From contig OZ024740.1 in assembly GCA_964016885.1 (NCBI GenBank), positions 205,220,001 through 205,284,000 on the forward strand: a stretch of DNA of 64,000 bases. The letters run 5' to 3'. Made by a program: the position numbers and the translations under genes. Under the pieces are notes generated by a model. It did not search any database. It saw only the letters and a program-made list of their open reading frames with translations, and was not told the DNA's origin. The DNA is from Eledone cirrhosa (Eukaryota). This document shows positions 37,915 to 48,059 of this stretch, in pieces. Position 1 is the stretch's first letter. Each line of letters begins with the position of its first letter.

Positions 37915-38855
37915 TTCAGCCTCTCGCTGTGTATACCTGTCATTTAGCTTCTTAACTACCTGGTACTGGTCTGTGCTACCTCCATTTTTCCAGTCTTTCA
38001 ATGCTTGTCTCTTGGCTTTAGTGGATCCATCTACTGTGCTGTTCCACCACCAGGTTACTCTCTTTCTGGCAGGCACTTTACTCCAGCCACAAGTCTTGTC
38101 AGTAGTTTCAAAAAGTTGTCACGTAGGAATTTCCAATTGTCCTCTATTATAGTACCTAGCTTGTCACCCTGCTCATCTATTGCATCCTGTAGAGCCTTTC
38201 TAAACCTATATTTAACTGAGAGGGCTCCATATTTTCCTGCATATCTTGTTCTGTCTTTTGTTTATTTTGATGTCATTAATAACTAACTTGTGCTGGGCAG
38301 TGCATTCTTCATCAGGGAAGGCATTGGTATTACAGTCCATTTGTCTTGTTTAACAATTTGGGTTGTGTATTCATCTGATTGATATGAAATCAGGTGGCTG
38401 GCTGGTTTCCTGAAATTTGTGTTGCAAATGTTTAGTTCATTCATGTCACAGAATTCCAGGAGTCTCAGTCCCTTTTCATTCCTTGAGCTCCACAGAATCC
38501 GTCCTGGTATTGCTCCACATGTCCATTGAAGTCACCTGCCAGAATAATGAGGTCACCTTTATCAGTACCTGAAGTTGTCTGTAAAAGTTCCTCATAGACC
38601 CTGTCTTTTTGTTCTTTACCCAGTGCTGCTTGGGGAGCATAGGTAGATGTAATTGTCACCAGTCTATTTCCTACAGTTAATCTAAGCTTGATAATTTTGT
38701 CACTTACTCTGACTACTTCTGTCACCTTATATATCCATTTTTCAGCTAGTAAGATGTCTACACCTCCTATTCCATTGGCATTTCCTACCCAGTAGAGTCT
38801 ATATCGCTGTTGTTTGCCCGTGATTAGTCTTCCTGAGGCACCCCTCCATCTACTT
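37915..38855 (-). mobile_element. Degenerate RTE LINE fragment: APE endonuclease and downstream linker
   Basis: VVRVSDKIIKLRL...TYAPQA...LIILAGDFNGHV (ORF 38465-38725) and RVTWWWN..VD (ORF 37735-38076). Confidence 0.88.
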
Positions 38856-39019
38856 CTCTTCTAGCAATTCCACAATTTCACCTGATTTACCTTTTAGGTG
38901 CCAACATTGAGGGTGGAAGTTCTGAGATTTGTATCTTGATAGTTGCTGTTATTTCATTAAGTAGAGGTTGTATGTACCTGAAAGGGAAATATAGATATCT
39001 TGTTGATATTAAACCAAAT

Positions 39020-39300
39020 GTGAAGATGTATGGCCTAATGGTTAGGGTGTTCAATAGTAAGGCTGTATGTTTGATTCTCATATTGGGCAGCATATGTCGT
39101 TGAGCCAGACACTTCATTTCACATTGTTCCAGTTCACCCAGCTGGAAGAAATGAGTACCAGCCATAGCTGGGGGTTACCCTGCAATACATTGTTATCCAA
39201 TCCAGGAAGAAGTAATGTATTTAATGCCAAGTAAGTTATTTAATGCCAATGAAACAAAGGTACGATTTAGCATGATGAGCCTATAGGCTTGAAACAGAAT
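39020..39300 (+). mobile_element. tRNA-head SINE with CORE/V-domain-like body
   Basis: tggcctaatggttagggtgtt A-box, followed by cacttcatttcacattgttccagttcacccagctg and gggggttaccctgcaat...tccaatccagg. A related copy lies near 12480-12620. Confidence 0.5.
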
Positions 39301-42300
39301 TTAGTTGTTTCATGACTGTATTTCTAAAGAAATACACTCTATTTCAATTAATGAAGAAATTTGAGGGATTTACTAAAATTTATATTTCATAACTGAGATA
39401 TTAACTTATGGTTCCTATATAAACTTATGTTGGAAGCTGTTTGAATAAGAACCCTTTAAAATGTTTGGTTTGGTTTCATATTACCAGAGTTGGTTTTGGC
39501 TAGGTTGGTATCAAAGGGTTAACTAAATTAATGATAGTTAAAAAATAATTTTTAATTTAGTAAAATATTTGTGTCCTTAATCATGGTCAAGCTGTATAAA
39601 AAATACATTTTTGTTGGTGGATTTGTTGTAAAGAATTTCTGTGTCCAACACTGTATACTAGTAGTTTTTAAACCGGTTGCTATTACCTTCAAGCATTGGA
39701 ATTACTTAACCCTTTTGACATCAACTTACCTGAAACTACTTATGGTTTTGTAATAAGAAACCTAATTTTAAAATGTTTATATTCAAATTCAAACCTTCCA
39801 TTATAATTTTATGTCAGACACATCAAATTAATAATGAAGAATCCACTCATTTTACTAAACCAATCTTTTAATTTATTATTTTCAAAATTAATTAAAACAC
39901 ATAGGTAGTATATTTTATTAGAAATGTGGCGACAAAAGAGTTAATGATTTGTATTACGTTTATAGTGTTTCCAAATTCCTTGTCATTGAGTGCCAGAAGT
40001 AGTAAAAGTAAACTCTTGTATTCTAAGTTCAAATCCTCCCACAAGTTAAATTTTTTATTACTTAATCCAATCAAATAAATTATTACCCCCTTACCTTCCT
40101 ATCCAAATATGTGGTTTTATTTCAGTGTGAGAGATTATTAAATTTATACAATGTTCTGTGTCTTTTTCATCTGGAGAGCTAACTACAATTTATTATAATT
40201 GTAATCTACACCTTTAAAAAATGTATCTGAAAAATGACTAAAAAGTTGTGAGGAAACCAAGTTGGTGGGGCACTAACTTGTTAAGTGGGCACTTCTGGGT
40301 AAGGCTTGTAGGGGAAGCAAAGTATGAGTCCTTAAACTAAGAGAACAATGGGTCAAAATAATTGGGAACACTGGTGTAGATCATTTTGATCAAAAGTGTG
40401 AAAAATACTAAAAATCCATTTAATATCGCAATTAACTCTTAACATCCTGTACTGCATGAAACCACAGCAAGAACAAAACAAAACAATGACAGCATTACAT
40501 TAAAAATTGAAGTCTTTAGTTTACTGTAAATGTTCACAATGATATGTCCACCAATAAAGATACTATAAACATTTGAATGAACAAACCCATTTTTAGATAT
40601 TTTCTACCAAATCATTATAGGATGTTAGGAGTTAATATTTATACCGTATAGATTTCTGCTATACAGTTTCTTTTCTCCATTATATTAAAACAAAATGTTT
40701 TATAAAAAAAATAAAGAAAACAAAGTTATATATTTTATAACTCTATTCAGGGAGAGTCATAGGTGATGAATTGGTAGGTTTGTCAGGGTGCTCGATAGAA
40801 TGCTTTACGTAGCATTCATTTCGGTCCTTTGTGATCAGTGTTCAAATCCTGCTGGATTCAACTTTGCCTTTCATATTTTCAGGGTTGATAAAGTACCAGT
40901 CAAATACTGGGTTCTTCATCATCATCATTATCATCATCATCTAAATTGGCTGTGGTGAAACCTGGAGACAGATGGACGCCATTAGGTTTAAAATGGCTGC
41001 CACACGATATGACATCATCCTTACGACTGCATTAGGAGTTACAGGGGGTCAATAACCAAATGGGAAGATCATAAATATGTGTTATTGTGAATATATCTAT
41101 ATGGTATCAGTTTATTAACCTGTATTATTTCCTTTATGTTTACATCAGAAGTTCTGTCCAATACATTCCCATAGAAAGGAAAAAAAAAAATTTTTTGTGT
41201 ATTTTAATCTTGTTATATAAAACTGTTTTCATGGCATCAGTCTTTAATATTCATTTCATTTTATTTATTGTCATACTAGAGTCGATAAAATCACCTGTCC
41301 TTTCTGTTTGAATTTCTGGCCTTGTACCTAAACTCAATCCACTATTGTCTCTGAGTTCAAATCCCGCCGAGGTTAACTTTGTCTTTCATCCTTATGGGGT
41401 CGATAAAATAAAGTACCAGTAATACACTGGGATAATTGCTGGCCTTGTGCCAAAAGTAGAAACAATTATTGTCTATACATAAATGAAAAGTAACAGCTGC
41501 TCTCTGTAAGCATGTAGTGAGTGTGTGATATAAGCCAGATAAAGCATAAGTTTATGGCAGTCCACCTCTATCAGGGGTTATATGCATCTCTAGATGAAGA
41601 CATAGAATCAAAAAGAGAGAAAATATTAAGTCAACACTGTGTCAATTGGTCACATATCACAAAAGAAGCTAGAGCCTCCTCCTAATACTTTTCGAGGCAT
41701 GCCAATACAGTCAGCATTACTACAGGTGATAGCAAGGCTAAGGCACTGATCCTAGGGACGAGAGACAGGAAATTTGTATTAGTTGAAGGCTTTGCTGATA
41801 TCAAATGCAGGAGTTGGTGGTGGTAGTGATAGTGTTTAAAAGTGGCTCTGTTTGTAGAAGTGGGTGATTTTTCTCCAAGTTTGTAGGCCAACATGAAATG
41901 CCAAAGGGCCTGGGAGGTAGGTGTTCTAATGTAGATGTGTGCTTAATTGTTGTGATAATGCAGTAGTTAGACAACCTAATAGGTGTAGGTATAAATGGGG
42001 AGGGTGTTTAGAATGTCCATGTGTTGTTAAGATATGTGTGTATAGGATGAATCTAATTGATGTACATGGTTATCGAATATTTGGTTTGATTTCATTTTAA
42101 TCAATCATTTTTATTCTACATGTCATTTACTACTACTACTACCAATAATAATTGTTTCTACTATAGGCACAAGGCCAGCAATTTGGGGGGAAGGAAAAGT
42201 CGATTAAATTGACCCCAGTGCATTACTGGTGCTTTATTTTATCAACTCTATCAGGATGAAAGGCAAAGCTACCCTCAGTGGGATTTGAACTCAGAACGTG

Positions 42301-42454
42301 AAAGGCCTTTCAGAGAAGATAACAAAACACTTTATCCTTTGTAACTTGTGCATTAATATCATGATCAAACAACTGAAACACTCATTGTTGAAACTGATGG
42401 AGGTTCTCTCTATTCTAATGCAGAAATTTCAATATAAAATTAAAAAAATAAAGT

Positions 42455-42785
42455 GTACATAGCTCGGAGATCAAGGAATTGCTCCAGGTAGAGCTGCTAT
42501 TTCTTTGAATTGAGAGATCATAACTTCGATACTATGGATATGGGGTTAAAAAGTCTAGGGAAAGAATTCCTGGACAGATTTTATGGGCAAAGCCAGCCAG
42601 CAGAAGAGCCAGAGGTTGACCACAAGTAAGATGATTGAATAAAATCCTTGAGCTTAGTTGATTCTACTTGGGGATCCCATCAGATCAGTTGGAGAGGGTT
42701 GCTTCTGATAGGACCCTCTCGATGGTGAGTCTGAGGATTCTGACTTCACAACCCTCTCACGAATAAGTGGGTGAAGAAGAAGAAT
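42455..42785 (+). mobile_element. Expander/Rex3-like RTE LINE 3' fragment
   Basis: A + frame with stops reads VHSSEIKELLQVELLFL.IERS.LRYYG...RERIPGQILWAKPASRRARG.P, and the fragment ends in (gaa)n. Confidence 0.8.
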
Positions 42786-43159
42786 AAATAAAGTAAAATG
42801 TTATCAAATCAACTTCCTTGCATTAGAAAAACGGAGAAGATTTATTAATGAATTGGATCATTATGTGTTTATTATTTAGATGGTAAGGCCAATTGATTGG
42901 CTGTATTGATCAGACAACATGCTTTGCTACATATGGTTACGTCCCTTTACATTTTGAGTTCAAATTCTGCTAAGGTCAACTTTGTCTTTCATCATTTCTA
43001 TAAAATAAAGAACCAGTCAAGTACTGGAATCAATTTACCCCCCCCCCCCCCCTCCAACTTATGATTTTGCCTAAATTAGAAATCATTTCCAATGGTAGCA
43101 ACCTTTGAACAGTAGCATCATACATGTATGTATATATGTATCCATGTATATATGTATGT

Positions 43160-43850
43160 GACTCATTTGGAAGGCTCAGCGACCATCTGTGGTGCAGGCG
43201 AGGATTCACAATGAAGACCAAGGTGAGAGTGTATGCTGCATGTGTACTGTCAGCATTGCTGTATGCGTGAGACATGGGTTGCCTACAAACGGTCAAGAGA
43301 CTGGAACGATTTCACCAGCAGTGTCTCAGAAAGATGTTAGGTATCAAGTGGCAGATGCATGTCAATGATGTTGAGGTCCTTGAGAGAAGCCAATGTCGGA
43401 GCGTTGAAAGTATCATCCGCCAACAACGTTTGCAATGGACTGGACACCTCTGCAGGATGGAGGACGATCGAATCTCGAAACAACTTTTGTTTGGTGAGCT
43501 TTCTAAAAGTAAGAGACCACCTCACAAACCAAAGCTCCGATTCAAAGATTGTGTAAAGGACTCCTTGTAAAAAAATTGGTTTAATGGTGGTTGACAGGGA
43601 GATAGAAGCTCTTGAAAGAGAAACTTGCGTGGAATGGTGAATGATGGGGTTCATAATTTTGAGGACTGACACATAGAGCACGAGAAGATCAAATGGGATG
43701 TGCGTAAGCAATGTCCTGGTGTATCTCACGAAACAATTGGTGTCTCCTGAATATGGAAAGATGTGCTTGAGAAAATCTGGTCTCAGGAGTCACAGTCACA
43801 GCCATGTCAGAGAGAACCAGTGAACTATGTTCTCCACAGTATTGTGAAGG
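43160..43850 (+). mobile_element. RTE (BovB-like) 3' fragment, same family as 1195-2345
   Basis: LERFHQQCLRKMLGIKW...KQLLFGELSKSKRPPHKPKLRFKD, followed by a C2H2 remnant. Confidence 0.85.
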
Positions 43851-43909
43851 TTCACAGGCAACCTGATGTAAGACTGAGGCCAGGGAGATCCATAGTTGTT
43901 GTTAATGTG

Positions 43910-44245
43910 CAAAAGAGTGCAAGTTACTCGATAGAGTGTGTAGCCCGAAGATCAGAGAGTCGGTCCAGGTAGAGCTGCTACTTCTCCGCATTGAGAGATC
44001 ATAGCTCTTGTATTATGGACATGTAGTTAGAATGTCTCAGGAAAGAATCGCTCGACAGATTTTATGGGCAAAACTAGCCAGCAGGAGACCCAGGAGTAGA
44101 CCCCGAGCAAGATGGTTGGATAACATCCATGAGCTCGGCTGGTATCGCTTGGGGATTCAGCTGGATTAACTGGAGACGGTGGCTTCTGACAGGTCCCACT
44201 GGAAGGCGTGTTTGAGGACTTCCCCCAGGAATGAATGGACGAAGA
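43910..44245 (+). mobile_element. Second Expander/Rex3-like RTE 3' fragment, tail to tail with the Penelope-like element
   Basis: Colinear nucleotide similarity with 42460-42740 (ccaggtagagctgcta, tgagagatcata, gacagattttatgggcaaa). Confidence 0.8.
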
Positions 44246-46867
44246 TGTGTACAACTTACCGCTGTTTCAGCTCTGCTGTTGATGAGCTCGTGGGGTGCAG
44301 TTATGATGTGGTAGAGCTCCATGAGGCAAAGATCGCATTTCCTCTTGAAGTTGTACGGTGCAGCCCTGCCGACAATATCCCAGTGCGTGGAGAAGCTGAT
44401 GTTTAAGTCCTTTAGTGATGTGATGTAGTCTGCAAGCGAAGTGGAGTGTCTTAATTTTTTTATTTGTGAAAGAGTGGAAATGTGTTCGAAACCTAATTTT
44501 GAACGGGCCGGAGGTAGCCCCTATATAATGTTTAACGCTATTGTGGCTAGTTACAGTGCATCTATATATAACCCTATCAGTCAAGCAGTATCCTCTAAGG
44601 GGGCAGCGTCCTCTGTCGCGGCAGTTGCAATTTCTGTCGCGGTTCCATCTATTTCCCACGGTAAGGCTATCATTGTTGCTTCCCTACGTTGTTATCCACG
44701 CTACCGCAGCTATCGTTAGCACCATTACAGCCCACAGCACGCAGGGTGGTGCGATTGTTATTCCGCACGTCATGTCCTGCATGTTCCCCAGTCATTTCGC
44801 GGTTATGCTGGTTGCGTTTGCGGATGCCGTTGCCAACACTATTGGATGCTGCCAGGGAGTTGTTAAGGCCGATATAGTTATTGTCAGGTGTAGGTGCGTC
44901 TGAGTCGAGGTGCTGTGTCTTGGTGATCTTACTGTGGTTCGTTGTTCCTATGATGTCAGCGAGGTTAGGAGTAGTAGAGAAGGATATTTTTATATTGTTT
45001 CTATTAAGAATTTTTCTATACCTATGGTTGGGTGGGAAGTTCTTCTCTAAGGCTTCGAAGAACATCCGAGGTATGTTGGAGGCCACACTCCGAGAGTAGG
45101 GTGTGTATGTGTGTGTGTGTGTGCGTGTGTGTGTGGAACCATAGGATGTTACGGTGGCGATTACGTGTCCTTGTACGTTTGCTACGGGTGGTTCCATCTA
45201 GGTGACCGCTCTTATGTGTGTTAGTGCGCAGTCGCCCGTTCGGTGCCCCTTTCACTTTATGCTCGGGTGCACTCTTCCTACCTCTTTCATGTTTATGTAC
45301 AGGAAGATGTTGGTAATAGGCCGTCGCCTTTGTTGGTTTTGTAATAGGGGAATAGTTCGAGTAATCTGCAGTGGTCACCGTCGCCGGGGTCGTGATCTTT
45401 AGTGCGGTTATCTATTCTATTATATCCAACTTCAACGAAGTCGCCGCGTGATCGGTTATAGGTATGGCTTACTATAACGTTCGTTTTATGAGGGGGGTGG
45501 TTTCTAGAGCTAGCGTTAGGGATGTAGGAAATTCCTCGGTTATAGCCGGCGCTTATCAAGGCCCTATTGTAGTAATCTGCCGCTTGGTTGAAGATATCCT
45601 CATTGGCGGATAGTCTCGAGATTCTATGTGAGATACTATAGACTATGGAGTTGAGAGTCTGCTTAGGGTGGTTGGAGGCATAATTAATATAAGAGAGGCA
45701 CTCTCCAGGCTTATGGTATGGCTTGTATAAGCCCGTACTCAACTCCAGGGTCACGTCCAGGAAGTTGACAACCTTGTGGTTGAGGTCCATAGTTACGGAT
45801 AGAACCTGTGTATATATTTGTTAAGGTTCTCTATCCTACGGGGGCTATGGTTCCTAACGGTAAACAGGGCGTCGTCCCTATATACACCTCCTTGTAGGGC
45901 CGGTATCTCTTCCCTAAACTTATGTAGGAGGTATGTCCCGACCAGGTCAGTTGCTTGTGCTGAGTCACTGGACCCCATCGTGACATCGAAGTTATCAGGA
46001 CGGTTGGTTCTGGTCCAGTGGGAGCCTTCGAACTGGATAATGGTTCTACGCGCCGCTAGAACTATGTCTATTTCTTTTTTAGTGAGGCTAGTGTTAGATT
46101 TAGCTAAGATAAGTGCCTTATTTAAGAGTATGGGGGAGATAGAGGCGTAGTAACTATCTATGTCAAACTGGATGAACTTCAGGGTGGCTTTATCCGGCAA
46201 CTCGGTGAACCAATTTATGACCTGGTCGGTGTTGCCCCAGAGGCAGACCTTAGCCTTTCTGTCGAGGATCACTTTACTAATCTTACCTATATCTGATGTA
46301 GAGGGGCAAATTAGTCTAATAGAGGGGCTTTCATTAAAGTCATATTTGTGATCCTTAAGAGAGAATTTAGGCATCAGAGGGACGTATGGGTTAGTGTACT
46401 TTTCTATTTCTAAGCTGGTGACTATATCCTTCCCTATTCTATTTATGTCATTTAGGGTACTAGAGGGTGTCTTTTTGTAGTCTTTGTGTAGTTCCTTATA
46501 GATGAATTTTTTATACTTACTCGCGTCCATCTTGTACAGCTTTTGGGTTGTCGGAGGTGACGAAGAGGTGCAGGTCATTCTTGATCTTAGTTATTAGTGT
46601 ATCAATGGCAAATAAGGTGAGATGCTCTACAAAAGGAGCACGGTAATACAGTATTTACGTATCGAGAGAGAGAAAAGAAAGGGGAGGATAGGTGATACAT
46701 ATAGTTATTTGCCAAGTAGCGTATGCCAAAGGTGCTCGATACTAGTGCCGGCAGTATTAAATATTCGAAGTGTTAATATTTAGTGGGCTAGAGAGTTAGC
46801 TGAGCGTAAGCACGTGGGAAAGTAAGAAATCGGAGAATAGACTGTTAAAACATGTTTATTTAAAACA

Positions 46868-46907
46868 GCACCTACGTACGTTTCGCCCAGTTGGGCTTCT
46901 CAAGGGC
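46868..46907 (-). ncRNA. Minimal type I hammerhead ribozyme (U3-A8 core variant), sense to the PLE ORF
   Basis: gccc-TTGAGAA-gccc(aact)gggc-GAA-ACgtacGT-A-ggtgc. The core UUGAGAA covaries with CUGANGA, stem II is perfect, stem III is palindromic, and AATAAA follows just downstream. Confidence 0.8.
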
Positions 46908-47328
46908 ATATATAATCAAAAGTGTTCCTTACATTGCTCGGAGAGAGTTTTGGGGGTTAAATCCACGTCAAGGTTCATTGCTCGCAAAAATAGCTTGTTT
47001 TGATTTTGCAGCAGGTCAAGGGAGGTAATTCGGCCGGTGTTAGGGCAGTCTTTCCCGGACAAATTATTTATCCGCTACGAGATGAGTTACAACCTTACCA
47101 TTGTCGATACGCATGTAATCAACGCTTATTTTGAGAGTTTTTTGCTGCATCTGTTTGACTGAGTCGTTTGAGGCTGGGTCTGGTATGCAAGGATAGTTTC
47201 CTGGGTGTTATTTTGCGGCGCTTGCTGCAAAATCAAAACAAGCTATTTTTGCGAGCAATGAACCTTGACGTGGATTTAACCCCCAAAACTCTCTCCGAGC
47301 AATGTAAGGAACACTTTTGATTATATAT

Positions 47329-47368
47329 GCCCTTGAGAAGCCCAACTGGGCGAAACGTACGTAGGTGC
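47329..47368 (+). ncRNA. Identical minimal hammerhead ribozyme in the opposite pLTR arm
   Basis: gcccttgagaagcccaactgggcgaaacgtacgtaggtgc. Confidence 0.8.
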
Positions 47369-47670
47369 TATTTTAAATAAACATGTTTTAACGGTCTATT
47401 CTTCGATTTCTTACTTTCCCACGTGCTTACGCTCTGCTAACTCTCTAGCCCACTAAATATTAACACTTCGAATATTTAATACTGCCGGCACTAGTATCGA
47501 GCACCTTTGGCATACGCTACTTGGCAAATAACTATATGTATCACCTATCCTCCCCTTTCTTTTCTCTCTCTCGATACGTAAATACTGTATATATATATAT
47601 ATATATATAATATAAGATCAAAAGATGGTTATCTGCATTGCTTTATTGTACTACAATAAAACTCACCTCC

Positions 47671-47719
<49 letters not shown>

Positions 47720-48059
47720 GTGAAACATGAACTCATAATCCTTTATTTACTGCTTTATTTGTATGAAATTGTAAATAAGAGAAAAGTATTAGAACAGGGG
47801 GAAATAACTCGCCGAACGCGATAGGTTTGGGGCCCCAGGGACCACATTTTTCAAGTTAGAGATTTGAAACCTCGTCTATTTACTTTCTTGGCACTTTTTA
47901 CATAGGTGTGTAAATTTTCATGTCAGTCCGACCACGTCTACTACCATTTAACCGTGCACATCTGAATTTCAACCACCATCCATTTCACAAATATATATTA
48001 GATATGTCAATCAATTTCTAGTTGATATAAAATGCTCGGATCTATTCAGTGGAATCTTT

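Larger units (their letters stand above)
44246..47590 (-). mobile_element. Penelope-like element, Naiad-type (RT plus C-terminal GIY-YIG endonuclease), frameshifted, with an inverted pseudo-LTR
   Basis: RT motifs FIQFDIDSYY, FDVTMGSSDSAQ, GVYRDD, VNFLDVTL, YINYASNHP. Linker RNILWF..PYS, NRNNIKISFSTTPN. Endonuclease CNCR..CPL..CL..VIY..YIG..FK.RF..H..SF, then after a frameshift HSTSLADYI..CDLCLME..LINSRAE..SCTH. The right end lies in (TA)n. Confidence 0.92.
46646..47590. repeat. About 368-bp near-perfect inverted repeat (46646-47013 and 47223-47590) around a 209-bp spacer; inverted pLTR
   Basis: The arms are reverse complements from atacagtatttacg to ttttgcagca, with only a handful of substitutions. 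Confidence 0.95.

Noticed and set aside
39271-39297. Hammerhead-like atgatgagcctataggcttgaaac
   Set aside because: C3 is missing, there is no stem III/GUH, and it is the ordinary tail of a V-domain-like SINE.
44027-44254. Apparent C-terminal extension of the PLE protein, or a duplicated host exon (also at 42460-42740)
   Set aside because: It is the antisense of an Expander/Rex3-like RTE 3' fragment.
44074-46578. Selenoprotein-type Naiad (in-frame UGA plus SECIS)
   Set aside because: The conserved endonuclease cysteines I checked are ordinary TGT/TGC codons. The 3' end is replaced by an RTE fragment, so no SECIS can be seen.
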